Positions 19,462-28,240 of a stretch of 62,237 nucleotides of DNA are shown here, one piece after another; position 1 is the stretch's first letter; every line of letters starts with the position of its first letter. The translations under genes and the position numbers were made by a program. The DNA comes from a virus (Duplodnaviria; Caudoviricetes), in IMG/VR virus record IMGVR_UViG_3300044940_000392, positions 1 to 62,237 of that record. One strand, 5' to 3'. A model generated the notes under the pieces. It was given only the letters and a program-made list of their open reading frames with translations. It did not search any database and was not told where the DNA came from.

Positions 19462-20037
19462 TTATGATACATCAGGGACAATAATTAAATAACCCCGTGC
19501 AAGGGTATTTTTATTGCCCGATTTAGTTAATTCAATATCGTAAGGAAATCTTTGAATATATGCGGGCAAAGATGCGGTTAAATTACCGGCGATTGTGCAG
19601 GTAAATTTCCCTTCAGGGGCGTTAGTAATTAAAATTCCTGAAGGCGGGGATGATGTTAATTGAAAAAATGGAACCGTGTCGTTTAGATTTTTTTTACAAG
19701 TTAATGTTAAATTTGCCAAAGAAAGATCGACCGCGTTTCCGTCAAGAACAGCGATACAGTCAAAGATATAATTATCGCCGCGGACTAATTGGATATTTGT
19801 ATTCATACGTTCTTTTCCATAAATTGTGTCGGATGAAAATTTTCCCGCGCCGAGCGATGGCCATACAGGAGGAATTGGAGGGTCCATTGCATAAGGAGGA
19901 ACAGGAGGAGAAGACGCGGGAGGGGTTGCGAAAAATCCATAAATTAATTGTCCCCAGGGAAGTTTTCCACCTTGATATGCTTGTGTGTTGATTGTTGTAG
20001 AGATATTGAAAATTAAATCATCAAATACTTGTGGCAT
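19462..20037 (-). CDS. Tail/baseplate-associated protein (BppU-N-like C-terminal domain)
   Basis: RGD...F...VDLS...YDIEL...TL.RG...V.PDV. Confidence 0.65.
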   Translation of the reverse strand: MPQVFDDLIFNISTTINTQAYQGGKLPWGQLIYGFFATPPASSPPVPPYAMDPPIPPVWPSLGAGKFSSDTIYGKERMNTNIQLVRGDNYIFDCIAVLDGNAVDLSLANLTLTCKKNLNDTVPFFQLTSSPPSGILITNAPEGKFTCTIAGNLTASLPAYIQRFPYDIELTKSGNKNTLARGYLIIVPDVS

Positions 20038-21533
20038 TATGGAACAACCACCCAGAGAGATCCGCGAGAATTATTATTAGAACCATTTGAAGGACCTAAA
20101 CAATACCAATTATGTCCATCAAAAGACGCCGTAGTTCCTTGAGGTTGTGCATCGGAGGAAATAAAAGCGTCATATAATTGTCCAGTCCAACGAGATTTTG
20201 CACTAAAATTTCCTGAAAAAGCTATATGAGGCTCTAAAATAACACGAGAACCATTCACAAATTGCATTGTTGAACCGGCATCAGCTAGACGAGAAGGAGT
20301 TGGCGTTAAAAGAGAAATTGCTCCAATAGTGCTGGTATTAATTAAGATAAATGAATTTCCGTTAAGACATTGATATGAAGATGCATTTTCAGCACCAAGA
20401 CGAGTAAAAGGAAATGCTATACTGGAAGTTTCATCTCCTGAACCCCAAAAAGCCATAGCTACACGATCATTAGTCGGTTTAGAACAAACTCCTCCAGTAG
20501 TATATGCGCCGTTTCCTTGAATTGGAATTGTATACTGTGTTGGAGATGTTACTGTGATAGTAAATGTACCATTTGCTGCAGTATTTCCACCAATTCCTCG
20601 ATGAAAAACAGTATCGCCTGTTACATATCCATGTGGAGCAGAAGTTGTTATTACAATTGGATTAGTATTTGTTGCATTTGTAATAACTCGTGGAGCTAAA
20701 AACGAGTAAACAAACGGAACGCCTGCGTGAAATGCCCCACCCCCACCATTAGGAGCTGCGCCACCGTCAATGAAAAGATAAAATGAATAGCGATTTGCAA
20801 TTATTCGCCAACTTACAGGGCCAGGGGTTACAAACGCCCCGCGATAACCGTAAGTACTAGTATTTGGTTCAAAACCGTTTGCAAATGGATGCGATCTATA
20901 GAGTTCATTTTCATCCATCACATAAAAACGAACCAAATGTGTTAATGAAATAAGAACTTCTTGTGCATCAACTCCGTAAACTCGAACTTGTTGTTGTGTG
21001 ATTGGAGTTTTCGGTGAAGTCCAAATATATCCAGCAATACGATTATTTGGAAAAGTAAATGAAAAATTACCATTTCCAGATGTACCAAAAGAATATAATG
21101 CTTGTTGTCCAAATGGTGTTGTATTAATTTTAGACTGAACGCGCATTCTACCAGAAGTATTTGAATTTCTTCTAAAGTCTGCCGCAGTAATAAATTGATT
21201 TAGCGGAGTATTATTTCCATATTTAGTGCCTTCACCAGGGCCTTTATTAATTGCATTATATAAGTTTTCAGCAGTATCAGAAGCTGTTGCATCAATTAAT
21301 ACATCATTAGCATTTGCAATACTTGTTTTGAAAGTATATGTTTGTCCCGCAACAGTTACAGTATTGTTATTATTGGGTTGGCCCGTCCAAACAAGTTCTG
21401 AAAACGCAAAAATATTTTCGGAAGACCAACCCGCTGCGGTCAGGGTTGTATTAATTGAATTTAATAATTGCTGCCTTGTCGAAATAGAGTAAACGTCATT
21501 CCGATAAGGCCCGCCGGAATATACGAGAGCCAA
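20037..21533 (-). CDS. Tail fibre/spike-like protein with an E1-FCCH-like insertion
   Basis: T/N/S/G-rich; ITNATNTNPIVITTSAPHGYVTGDTV...NGTFTITV module; TTG start. Confidence 0.7.
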   Translation of the reverse strand: MALVYSGGPYRNDVYSISTRQQLLNSINTTLTAAGWSSENIFAFSELVWTGQPNNNNTVTVAGQTYTFKTSIANANDVLIDATASDTAENLYNAINKGPGEGTKYGNNTPLNQFITAADFRRNSNTSGRMRVQSKINTTPFGQQALYSFGTSGNGNFSFTFPNNRIAGYIWTSPKTPITQQQVRVYGVDAQEVLISLTHLVRFYVMDENELYRSHPFANGFEPNTSTYGYRGAFVTPGPVSWRIIANRYSFYLFIDGGAAPNGGGGAFHAGVPFVYSFLAPRVITNATNTNPIVITTSAPHGYVTGDTVFHRGIGGNTAANGTFTITVTSPTQYTIPIQGNGAYTTGGVCSKPTNDRVAMAFWGSGDETSSIAFPFTRLGAENASSYQCLNGNSFILINTSTIGAISLLTPTPSRLADAGSTMQFVNGSRVILEPHIAFSGNFSAKSRWTGQLYDAFISSDAQPQGTTASFDGHNWYCLGPSNGSNNNSRGSLWVVVP

Positions 21534-21536
21534 AAA

Positions 21537-21977
21537 TTATACCCCGTTTGTAGAAGTTGAATTGAAAATCGCGTCAGAAGTAACGCGGAGTAGTGCGGAT
21601 TTCAGGTCAGAAGTGGTACTTGCGCCGTTCAGGTTATTAACAACCCAGGGGATAGTTAGCGCGGTTCCACCAGATGCAGGAGTTCCACCAAAACGCACAG
21701 TTGGGGTGTAATTCTGGGAACCGTCGTCCGCGATAGTAATGTACCATGCGGAGTTATTATTCGCGGGTGTTTGCGAAATGTTATTAAACATACCGTTATA
21801 CGCCATCCAGATAGCAGTACCGAGAAGTTTGGAAGAAGTCGAAGCGCCGTTTAGGTTATTCTCAATCGCCGGAAGAGTTACAACAGTACCTCCGGAAGCG
21901 GGAGTACCGCCGCGAATCACGGCAGGAGTAAAAACACCTGCACCGTTGTTAGCTAGGTTAATTTGAAAAGATGCCAT
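21537..21977 (-). CDS. Internally duplicated virion protein (decoration candidate)
   Basis: Two ~70 aa repeats, each with GGTPASGGT...NNLNGAST.S. Confidence 0.7.
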   Translation of the reverse strand: MASFQINLANNGAGVFTPAVIRGGTPASGGTVVTLPAIENNLNGASTSSKLLGTAIWMAYNGMFNNISQTPANNNSAWYITIADDGSQNYTPTVRFGGTPASGGTALTIPWVVNNLNGASTTSDLKSALLRVTSDAIFNSTSTNGV

Positions 21978-22030
21978 AGTTAAATCTCTATTTATATATT
22001 ACAATAACAATAGATAAAGTTGACTAAAAG

Positions 22031-22282
22031 ATGCCAAAAATTAAATTAAATGTGAATGATCTTCGCGCAATTTTTTATTATCGTTCGATTGGATATCCTA
22101 TAGATAAAATTGCTTCAGCATTTTTTATCTCTAAATCTCATGTTTCGCGGATTTTGAACTTTGAGCGCTGGGAAAAGAAGAGAAGTCAAATCTTTTCGCG
22201 AGAATTTGATCAAACTGATACCAAGAAGCCGGAGGAGAACCGGACCGAAGTTGAGTATGAACAGGCTCAACAAGACGTTTAA
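22031..22282 (+). CDS. HTH DNA-binding protein
   Basis: GYPIDKIASAFFISKSHVSRILNFERW is a typical HTH; isolated plus-strand gene. Confidence 0.65.
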   Translation: MPKIKLNVNDLRAIFYYRSIGYPIDKIASAFFISKSHVSRILNFERWEKKRSQIFSREFDQTDTKKPEENRTEVEYEQAQQDV

Positions 22283-22736
22283 AACTTCCACCGGAGGTTA
22301 ATCCGAGTTTTTCAGCTTCTTCTTGCATGATTTTGTATCCCTCCGGATGATTCCAGTCCGCTTTACCGGGCGGGTTTTCGACATAACAATCAACGGCTTC
22401 TCCCCAATTATGCCAAGACTGGCCGGGAAGTGCGTTGGTGATGATTTTTTGTTTAATTGTTGTCTTTTTTCGTGTTGATAAAGCAAATTGCAGAATCACA
22501 CGAAGATTTTCACAACCAAGATTTTGAAAAGTGCGGATAATGTTCAGAATTTGAGGGTCAGTTCGGCCTACGCAGTAATTTTGTGCTTGTATCAAAGGGC
22601 TACGCAGGGTGGAATATGGGACAATTTTAATGCCCCGCGCCGCAACATTTTCAATCATTTGTTGGATTTTTTCCCGAAACTCCGGGACAAGATCGTCAAG
22701 GGATCGGGAGTTAAAGTTTATAGGCAACTTATCCAT
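22131..22736 (-). CDS. Endolysin, M15-family (L-Ala-D-Glu-type) peptidase
   Basis: LRS...Q, ITNA.PGQSWHNWGEAVD, GL.SGG.F...EPVH.QL; ATG 22736 preferred over 22802. Confidence 0.9.
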   Translation of the reverse strand: MDKLPINFNSRSLDDLVPEFREKIQQMIENVAARGIKIVPYSTLRSPLIQAQNYCVGRTDPQILNIIRTFQNLGCENLRVILQFALSTRKKTTIKQKIITNALPGQSWHNWGEAVDCYVENPPGKADWNHPEGYKIMQEEAEKLGLTSGGSFKRLVEPVHTQLRSGSPPASWYQFDQILAKRFDFSSFPSAQSSKSAKHEI

Positions 22737-22758
22737 ATTTTTAGTATACAGGATAAAA

Positions 22759-23880
22759 CTACTCTTCTTCGGTATTCTCTTTCTTAGAATTATTGATGTC
22801 AAACAAAAATTTCAACACCGCGTTCTGCTCTGTGTTTGAAATTTTACGATGAAGTTTTTGTTTTGCCTGTGCGCCGTATTTTAACAGCTCAGTGTCAGTT
22901 AATTCTGGTAATTTAATAATTTGTATTCTGTCATCTTTATCAGATTTTTGTTTAGCACCGGAAACTCTATGTCCTTGAACAATTTCGGCCTCAGGATAAA
23001 GACTTTTAATCAATGGAAGTATTTTTTTAATATCAGAAGCCCCTACTGAATGTTGGGGGTCATAACTGCCTTTTCCATGTTTTGGATCAAAGAAATTTTC
23101 TGAATATTTTTGCCGATTAAACAACTCAAGCATTTCAGCTTTATCTTCATTTTTACCTGAAGGTCTTTGTAATGTGTATGGAGCAATAGAAATATCAACA
23201 GCTTTATTAAATTTTCTATTTTTATAAATATAATCTAAAAGATCAGAATAAGTAAAAGCCTTATCATAAGTTCCAAATTTAAAATTTTGAACTAAATTTT
23301 TAATATCTTCAAAAGGAACATATTCATTTCCTAATTTTATTTTTTCTGTATTATAATCTATTTTTTCACGTAAAGAAGCTACCGCTTTAGGATCCACACC
23401 TTTTGATGCAAGAGTTACTTTTATTTGATTTCTGCTACCCGTACTAGACCTGTCTACAGGCTTTTCGCCGTATCTAAACGTAGATGGAATAGCAACAAAA
23501 GAATCTAGTGAAATTTTTTCTGTTTTTGGTTTACTCTGTGCCTGCTTTGTTGCTAATTTTCGTAAATATTTTAAAGCCGCAGGAACTACTGCATAAGAAG
23601 GATCAATAGATGTTGGAATTGATCTGTTTGGTTTTGGTGGTCCCGAATTTTTAATTCCGGGAAGAAGCCCAAGAATATTATTTTGAAATTGAGCAATAGC
23701 AGCATACTGACCTAAAATTTCATTTGCGCGTGCGACTTCAGGTGATAACGGCGCTCCCCATTCGGCATCTAATTCTTTTTGACGCGCTTCGGGCTGTTTA
23801 TCTAAAAAAGATTCCACAGCGCGGCGTTCAATTGTTTGTTGAAGAATATCTGAAAAGGAAAGATTTGGTTTAACTGCCAT
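22759..23880 (-). CDS. Hypothetical protein, possible ejected effector with GNAT-like C-terminus
   Basis: 373 aa; C-terminal VGASDIKKILPLIKSLYPEAEIVQGHRVSGA. Confidence 0.6.
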   Translation of the reverse strand: MAVKPNLSFSDILQQTIERRAVESFLDKQPEARQKELDAEWGAPLSPEVARANEILGQYAAIAQFQNNILGLLPGIKNSGPPKPNRSIPTSIDPSYAVVPAALKYLRKLATKQAQSKPKTEKISLDSFVAIPSTFRYGEKPVDRSSTGSRNQIKVTLASKGVDPKAVASLREKIDYNTEKIKLGNEYVPFEDIKNLVQNFKFGTYDKAFTYSDLLDYIYKNRKFNKAVDISIAPYTLQRPSGKNEDKAEMLELFNRQKYSENFFDPKHGKGSYDPQHSVGASDIKKILPLIKSLYPEAEIVQGHRVSGAKQKSDKDDRIQIIKLPELTDTELLKYGAQAKQKLHRKISNTEQNAVLKFLFDINNSKKENTEEE

Positions 23881-24926
23881 TAAAATTCTCGATTTTTATT
23901 CCGAAGATGTTGATTTAACTTTAAATTCATCATTTTTTCTTCAGCAAGTGACTGTTTAATTAAATCATATTTTGCTTTTGTTAGTTCTGTGCCTAATAAA
24001 GCTTCCATTTCAAGAGCTTCAGCGTACTCTTTCATGGAAGTAAAGCCTTTAGAACGTGCTTCAGGACGTAGTTCGGATAAAGCAAGCCGATCAGCGCGGT
24101 TTTCGGGAATATTTTTACCCGCGTTGACAAGATTTTCGACATTCATATCTAAACCGCGCCGTTTTGGTAAAAATGGATTTGGTTTTTTACCCATTCCGAG
24201 GAATTTATCGAGTAAAGCTTGTGCGCCTTCTTTTACCCATTCGGGAGAAGATCCGGCGGAACGCGCTTGACGGTTTAGGTATTGTTTTCCGCCCGCGGGG
24301 GTAAATTTATGCGCGTCTCCGCGTGGAGATAATCCAGAAGAGGGAATCATTGGTTTATTTGGAGAGGCAATTGCTTCGCGGGGCGGTATAGTTACAGGTG
24401 CGGGAGTCGCCGGGGACGGGTTATTCATTCCAACAGGGCCGGAAAGATTACTTGGCCGCGCCATACCACGAGCACCAAGAGGGGACGCGGCGAGTAGAAT
24501 TTGTAATCCAAGACCCATTGGTGTTAAATTCTTCTCTAACTGTTCAAACGCCCGTTGCCCGGCATCCTGATTTTCGCGCAAAGCAGTCATTTGACGAAGA
24601 TTGGAAATTTCTCCCGGCTCAAATGGAAGTTGAGGGGATAAACGGGGTTTATCTTGAGGAACAAAACCTTGTTGAGAGGGGTTGTTTTGTGTTTCTGTAA
24701 TTTTATTCAAAATTTCAGTAATGATTTTTTTTGCTACTCTTTTTTTCTTAGAAACTTTTGGTTTTTCTTTAATAATAAGTCCATCATTAGGAGGTAAAAA
24801 TTGAGCAAAAGGATCAGGAATATCATATTCTGAGCTTTCTTCCGGGTTATTTAATTGTCCAGAAATATATTCCGGAGAAATTAAATTCTCCAACATTCGC
24901 ATAGTGGCTAGCTTAGTCTCTGACAT
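23880..24926 (-). CDS. Hypothetical P-rich protein, possible internal virion protein
   Basis: 348 aa; short hydrophobic segment MGLGLQILLAASPLG. Confidence 0.6.
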   Translation of the reverse strand: MSETKLATMRMLENLISPEYISGQLNNPEESSEYDIPDPFAQFLPPNDGLIIKEKPKVSKKKRVAKKIITEILNKITETQNNPSQQGFVPQDKPRLSPQLPFEPGEISNLRQMTALRENQDAGQRAFEQLEKNLTPMGLGLQILLAASPLGARGMARPSNLSGPVGMNNPSPATPAPVTIPPREAIASPNKPMIPSSGLSPRGDAHKFTPAGGKQYLNRQARSAGSSPEWVKEGAQALLDKFLGMGKKPNPFLPKRRGLDMNVENLVNAGKNIPENRADRLALSELRPEARSKGFTSMKEYAEALEMEALLGTELTKAKYDLIKQSLAEEKMMNLKLNQHLRNKNREF

Positions 24927-24949
24927 TTTAATTCTTTCATATTTATTAT

Positions 24950-24992
24950 AAAAGAAAATCCCCGATACCGTTTTCAGGACAGTACCGGGGAT
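24950..24992 (-). terminator. Intrinsic terminator downstream of nrdJ and the candidate sRNA
   Basis: ATCCCCGGTACTGT-CCTGAAA-ACGGTATCGGGGAT-TTTCTTTT on the minus strand. Confidence 0.75.
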
Positions 24993-25044
24993 AGTAGGAG
25001 GAGAAGAGAGTGCGTGAGCGTCGAGTGTTGCTGGTTTTATTATA

Positions 25045-26916
25045 CTACTTTACAGGGCAAAATCCTGAAACACATTCTAGCGATTCCATTTCGCCGTCAG
25101 AAATTTCATCAATGTCGATTGGTTTTAGTTTTTTAGTTAAACTTTCGTACTCTTTTTGTGTAATTTCTTCCTTCGGAGCTTGTTTAAAGCCATGATCTGA
25201 ATGAAGAAGGAATGAAATTGACTTTAATTCCGATAAATGATTTTTTAAGAATGTTTTAATATACGGAATATCTTCTTTTTTGTAATAAACAGTTACCGAG
25301 ACTGAATTATCTGACCAATATCGTTGCGCTAGAAGGACGGTTTTTAATTGATCTTCCAACGACCACAAATCCGCGGTTGGATACCCTTCTGGCGCGGCGA
25401 CGTAAAAATCTACTACTAGAGTATTATGATCCAGTGTTCCGTCAAAGTTTATTTGTGGTTCAATTTTATGTCCGGCGGCGCGAAGTTTTGGAATTAAAGG
25501 ATCATCAGAAGCAAAGCGGATTCTTTGAATATAGTATTTCGAATACGCGGCGTGGATGCCTTCGTAGCCTTTTTGAGATAAAAGTTTCGAAACTGTGCCG
25601 GAAGGTTTAATTGTAGTTAATCGTATAGATTCCGGCACGCCGAGTTCTTTGGAGTATTCTTTATCTTGTTGACGGAGATATTTATATAGTTCATCAAGAA
25701 TTTCGGCGGTAAATAAAGATGAACCTAAACATCCAGTTAAACCGATACCTATGCGGTGATTCTTTTTGACAATTTTATCCGTAATCGGATTATGATACTT
25801 TTCTAAAGTAACCCGTTTTGCATAACGATATAATAGCCTCGCGACTTTGAATAATTCTTCTTTTGATGAAATGTTCATTAGAGGAATTTCAACTAAACAG
25901 CACGGCTCGCCGTTTTCCAGACAAATTTCAGCGCAGGGATTTACGCCGATTGCGGAATCTTCTGATAATTCGCCGATTCGGCCATATTTTTGCATTGTGG
26001 CACGGTTGACTATTCCAAACGGTTCGCCATTTTCGTAAGTTTTCCAAAATTCGGGGTGAACATCTTCCATGTCGGATGCGACGATTGAATAATTTGCAAA
26101 TGCGCGGTAGTTCGGGATATTTCCCAAATCCCAGCGTTTTGCTTTAAGATATTCTTTATCCCAACAATCACCAAGAATAATAATTGCCGAACGGCGCACA
26201 TTGCCCGCGACGACCATTTGACCAATCATGCAAATAATATCCGCCGCGTCTATCGGTCGAATGTGTTTGCCCGCCCGGTTGTCTAAAAGTGTACATAATT
26301 GTTCAATAAATTTGAGTAATGGTGTGGGGCCTGAAGCTACGCCGCCGAATCCTTTAATCGGTTCGCCGTATCCGCGAATACATTTTGTTGAGAAGTTAAA
26401 AGATTTTCCGGTTTCAAAATATGATTTTAAAACTTTCCGAGTGAGTTCACACCAACCTTCTCGGGAATCGGGGACAATAAATTCCGCGTCATAGGTATTC
26501 AGGTGTTGAATTTTTACATTCTTTTTAACTTTCGGAAGTTTACTGACAAAACGATGTTCAACAGATAAACCCACTCCGCCACCGAGCATTAAATAATCTT
26601 GTGCATAAACAAAATGCTCAAAATTTTCCGCCGTCCAGAAAAAACAATTGTTTAATGAAGCCCCGCCGAGCCTTTTTTGTGTCTCTGTTCCTGATTGCCA
26701 TAAACCGCGCCCTGCTGGAATACCCTTTCGGGATAGCATTACAGTTCTTAACTCTTGTCGTTCGTCCATTCCCACAGACACCAAAGCAGTGTTGCCGCGA
26801 ATAACGCGATCAACGGTATCGGGCCATGATTCCAATTTTCCATTTTCTTTACTCCTTGCGTATGTTCTTTTGTATACAATTTTGGCTAACGAATCCCATT
26901 CGTTTTGATTATACAT
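25045..26916 (-). CDS. nrdJ: Class II (adenosylcobalamin-dependent) ribonucleotide reductase, monomeric RTPR type
   Basis: RTYAR, P.GRGLW, LNNC, GGGVG, DSREGW, GNVRRSA, NPCAEI, TIKPSGTVS, C-terminal CVSGFCPVK. Confidence 0.95.
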   Translation of the reverse strand: MYNQNEWDSLAKIVYKRTYARSKENGKLESWPDTVDRVIRGNTALVSVGMDERQELRTVMLSRKGIPAGRGLWQSGTETQKRLGGASLNNCFFWTAENFEHFVYAQDYLMLGGGVGLSVEHRFVSKLPKVKKNVKIQHLNTYDAEFIVPDSREGWCELTRKVLKSYFETGKSFNFSTKCIRGYGEPIKGFGGVASGPTPLLKFIEQLCTLLDNRAGKHIRPIDAADIICMIGQMVVAGNVRRSAIIILGDCWDKEYLKAKRWDLGNIPNYRAFANYSIVASDMEDVHPEFWKTYENGEPFGIVNRATMQKYGRIGELSEDSAIGVNPCAEICLENGEPCCLVEIPLMNISSKEELFKVARLLYRYAKRVTLEKYHNPITDKIVKKNHRIGIGLTGCLGSSLFTAEILDELYKYLRQQDKEYSKELGVPESIRLTTIKPSGTVSKLLSQKGYEGIHAAYSKYYIQRIRFASDDPLIPKLRAAGHKIEPQINFDGTLDHNTLVVDFYVAAPEGYPTADLWSLEDQLKTVLLAQRYWSDNSVSVTVYYKKEDIPYIKTFLKNHLSELKSISFLLHSDHGFKQAPKEEITQKEYESLTKKLKPIDIDEISDGEMESLECVSGFCPVK

Positions 26917-27039
26917 ATATTAAAAATCCTTATCAGTGTTCGCGCCTTGAACTTGGCGTGTTACTATTTTACCAGGGGTTCTTGGGCAGGCTTGGCCTTC
27001 TAAGCATTAAAAATTTTTATAAAAAGATTAGTTCACTAA

Positions 27040-27216
27040 ATGTTCAAACACAATACTTTCTTAATCGGCGATTTGCATTTAATCAATAACTAGAATAATG
27101 TTGTAAATCCAAAAGATAAAATTTATGTTCTGGGCGACGTTGTGATGAATAAACGCGACCTTTGGAAATGCGGAATGCTGAATGGTGATAAAGTTCTCAT
27201 TTCTTTGATGAAATAA
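27040..27216 (+). pseudogene. Degraded calcineurin-like metallophosphoesterase remnant
   Basis: MFKHNTFLIGDLH-LINN*NNVVNPKDKIYVLGDVVMNK...LNGDKVLI: family motifs with an internal deletion, TAG at 27091 where Trp is expected, truncated before GNHD. Confidence 0.7.
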
Positions 27217-27255
27217 AAAATCTCCCAGTTCGATAAAACCGGGAGATTTTTTTTT
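27215..27255. terminator. Bidirectional intrinsic terminator
   Basis: AAAAAATCTCCC...GGGAGATTTTTTTTT. Confidence 0.8.
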
Positions 27256-27266
27256 ATAAGTAAGAA

Positions 27267-27548
27267 CTAAGCTTCTGGATCAGGCTCAGGTTCAGGATCA
27301 ACAGGAACTTCAGGATCTTCTTCATGAAAAGCGACGGGAAACGAATTGTCCACCGCCTCTAGCTCCGAAAGCGATACTGACAGTTTAGCCGCGAGATTGT
27401 CGACTTTAGTTTGCAGTTCATTTTTGCCCTTAACGACTTCTTCGAGTTCATCGATAAGAGAAAGCATGGCCGCGTAGTCTGCTTTAATGTTTTCAATTAA
27501 AGCCGCGATTGCGTTAATTTTTGCTTCAAGTACAGATAAGTCTACCAT
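27267..27548 (-). CDS. Acidic coiled-coil protein with PE/PD tail
   Basis: 93 aa; own promoter and terminator. Confidence 0.75.
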   Translation of the reverse strand: MVDLSVLEAKINAIAALIENIKADYAAMLSLIDELEEVVKGKNELQTKVDNLAAKLSVSLSELEAVDNSFPVAFHEEDPEVPVDPEPEPDPEA

Positions 27549-27554
27549 GATTTT

Positions 27555-27583
27555 ATTTTATCAAATAGTTTAAAAACTGTCAA
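27555..27583 (-). promoter_or_regulatory. Sigma70-type promoter (leaderless transcript for 27267..27548)
   Basis: TTGACA-17 nt-TAAAAT with extended -10 TG; ATG 6 nt after the -10 box. Confidence 0.8.
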
Positions 27584-27650
27584 CATTTTATAAAGTATTT
27601 TGTCTAAGTTTTTCTTTCTGGCTTCAGAAGCTTTAGCGGATAATAAAAGC

Positions 27651-28019
27651 ATGATAGTGAATAAATTCCGTGCGTTCGGTTTTAACAAAAAATCATTTTA
27701 TTATGATGTATTTATTCACGCTACACTTTCGTCCCTGCGCGACGAATGGGATAAGTTGCCTAAAAATGCCACGCCGCACGGAAGCAACGGAGTTAATGCA
27801 TATACATTAAAATACTTTCCGCCTGAGAAAAAGTGTTTGGGCGAAATTCATTTGACTAAAAACTCCCCGGAGGATATTATTTCTCATGAATGTTGTCACG
27901 CCGCGCTACATTATATTTCAAATAAAAAATATCCAGCCGGGCTTGACTTAGAAGAAGAATTTTGCTACAATCAACAATATTTTTTTAAGAATATTAAAAA
28001 TAAACTTCGCGTAAATTGA
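27651..28019 (+). CDS. HExxH metallopeptidase-like protein
   Basis: IISHECCHAALH...EEEFCY. Confidence 0.7.
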   Translation: MIVNKFRAFGFNKKSFYYDVFIHATLSSLRDEWDKLPKNATPHGSNGVNAYTLKYFPPEKKCLGEIHLTKNSPEDIISHECCHAALHYISNKKYPAGLDLEEEFCYNQQYFFKNIKNKLRVN

Positions 28020-28240
28020 TTAACATAGTCCGCTGTGCTATCGAAAAAGTTGCCTAAAATACCGCCGCCGGGTTGCCTAAAAATAAAAACCGCGTTTCCA
28101 TATATAAAATCTTTAATATAAAATCTTTAGACAACTTTTAGAAAATTTTTCTGAAATTTTTGTAAAAATTTTTGTAAAAATTTTTTCCTTCAATCGAGAA
28201 CTTAACATCACATGTGCCAAAGCCCACATGTAATCGGAAA

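Noticed and set aside
25045-26916. Intron or intein in nrdJ
   Set aside because: Motifs are colinear at normal length with no Hint signature
27091-27093. TAG stop-codon reassignment
   Set aside because: Long genes are uninterrupted in the standard code, several end cleanly in TAG, no suppressor tRNA was seen, and the remnant has other lesions
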